A program made the position numbers and the translations under genes. Of a stretch of DNA of 37,393 nucleotides, positions 36,931 through 37,393 are shown piece by piece. This DNA comes from an uncultured bacterium (GTDB lineage Bacteria; Patescibacteriota; Minisyncoccia; Phycocordibacterales; CAIZLB01): assembly GCA_937873535.1 (NCBI GenBank), contig CALMYA010000004.1, positions 1-37,393 of the forward strand, in the 5' to 3' direction. The notes below the pieces were generated by a model. It searched no databases. It was not told the origin of the DNA and saw only the letters and a list, made by a program, of their open reading frames with translations. Positions within the stretch are counted from its first letter, which is position 1; the number at the start of each line of letters is the position of its first letter.

Positions 36931-37326
36931 TTACTTTTTATGCGTCTGGAGCAAACGAAGCACTTCAGCCACAACCTCGGCCGGAATTGTAGTGGCCTTC
37001 ACTATGTAGCCGTCGATGCCGAATTTTTTAGCTTTCTCTATATCGACAGACTGGCCTTGGTTACTGAGCACCAATATTGACGCGTCTTTAGCCAAGTTTT
37101 CTTGACGCATTTTTTCAAGAAATTCTAGGCCATCCATTACGGGCATGACAATGTCTAGAACGATAGAGTCGGGAATAAAACCTTCTTGCAATTTTTTAAT
37201 TGCATCGGCGCCATCAACAGCCGTAACAACTTCAAATTTTTCTTTCTGAAACTTAATTGAATACATGTTCAGAAGGAACTTGTCGTCATCTACTATAAGT
37301 ATTTTGTATGGAGTATCTCCGTTCAT
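36931..37326 (-). CDS. Receiver-only (CheY-like) response regulator
   Basis: ILIVDDD, the phospho-acceptor context VLDIVMPVMDG, and the conserved Lys in GYIVKA. There is no output domain. Confidence 0.85.
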   Translation of the reverse strand: MNGDTPYKILIVDDDKFLLNMYSIKFQKEKFEVVTAVDGADAIKKLQEGFIPDSIVLDIVMPVMDGLEFLEKMRQENLAKDASILVLSNQGQSVDIEKAKKFGIDGYIVKATTIPAEVVAEVLRLLQTHKK

Positions 37327-37393
37327 ATATCTAGCATTATATCAGGGCGAGGCAGTTTATACCTAAGCTTTTTTGCACAGTTTGCGCCCCCCC

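Overview
The window looks like part of a small, streamlined bacterial genome. It resembles CPR/Patescibacteria, but that is only an inference from gene content: housekeeping enzymes with extra inserts, a type IV pilus locus, LAGLIDADG genes and an intron in a tRNA. About 40 genes lie on the minus strand and only one (12010-12801) on the plus strand. The genetic code appears standard, because an RF2 gene is present and TAA and TAG both end ordinary genes.

Gene order, left to right:
- A giant secreted repeat/beta-propeller protein that runs off the left edge and is split by one in-frame TAG.
- pyrG, ftsX, ftsE, prfB and a small ORF.
- tRNA-Thr(CGU), then tRNA-Thr(GGU) interrupted by a 223-nt group I intron, with a free-standing LAGLIDADG gene 22 nt upstream.
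- A TMEM175-like channel, then a 613-bp gap with no convincing gene.
- A pseudouridine synthase, a methyltransferase, membrane proteins and an NRAMP transporter.
- A histidine phosphatase, a homoserine-dehydrogenase-like protein and a block of unknown membrane or secreted proteins.
- A PIF1/RecD-like helicase.
- A second tRNA cluster (initiator-like CAU, Met CAU, Asp) containing a second LAGLIDADG gene whose stop codon lies inside tRNA-Asp.
- A CYTH protein, a membrane HEPN-like protein, gatA, gatC and ligA.
- A type IV pilus locus: four minor pilins, pilD, the major pilin, pilC, pilT and a receiver-only response regulator.

Observations most worth follow-up:
- The pairing of tRNA genes, an intron and homing endonuclease genes at two loci.
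- The amber-interrupted giant surface gene.
- A two-copy family of long hairpins that share an identical 17-nt apex.
- An atypical initiator-like tRNA.

All RNA folds and family assignments were made by eye from the sequence. None was checked against a database.
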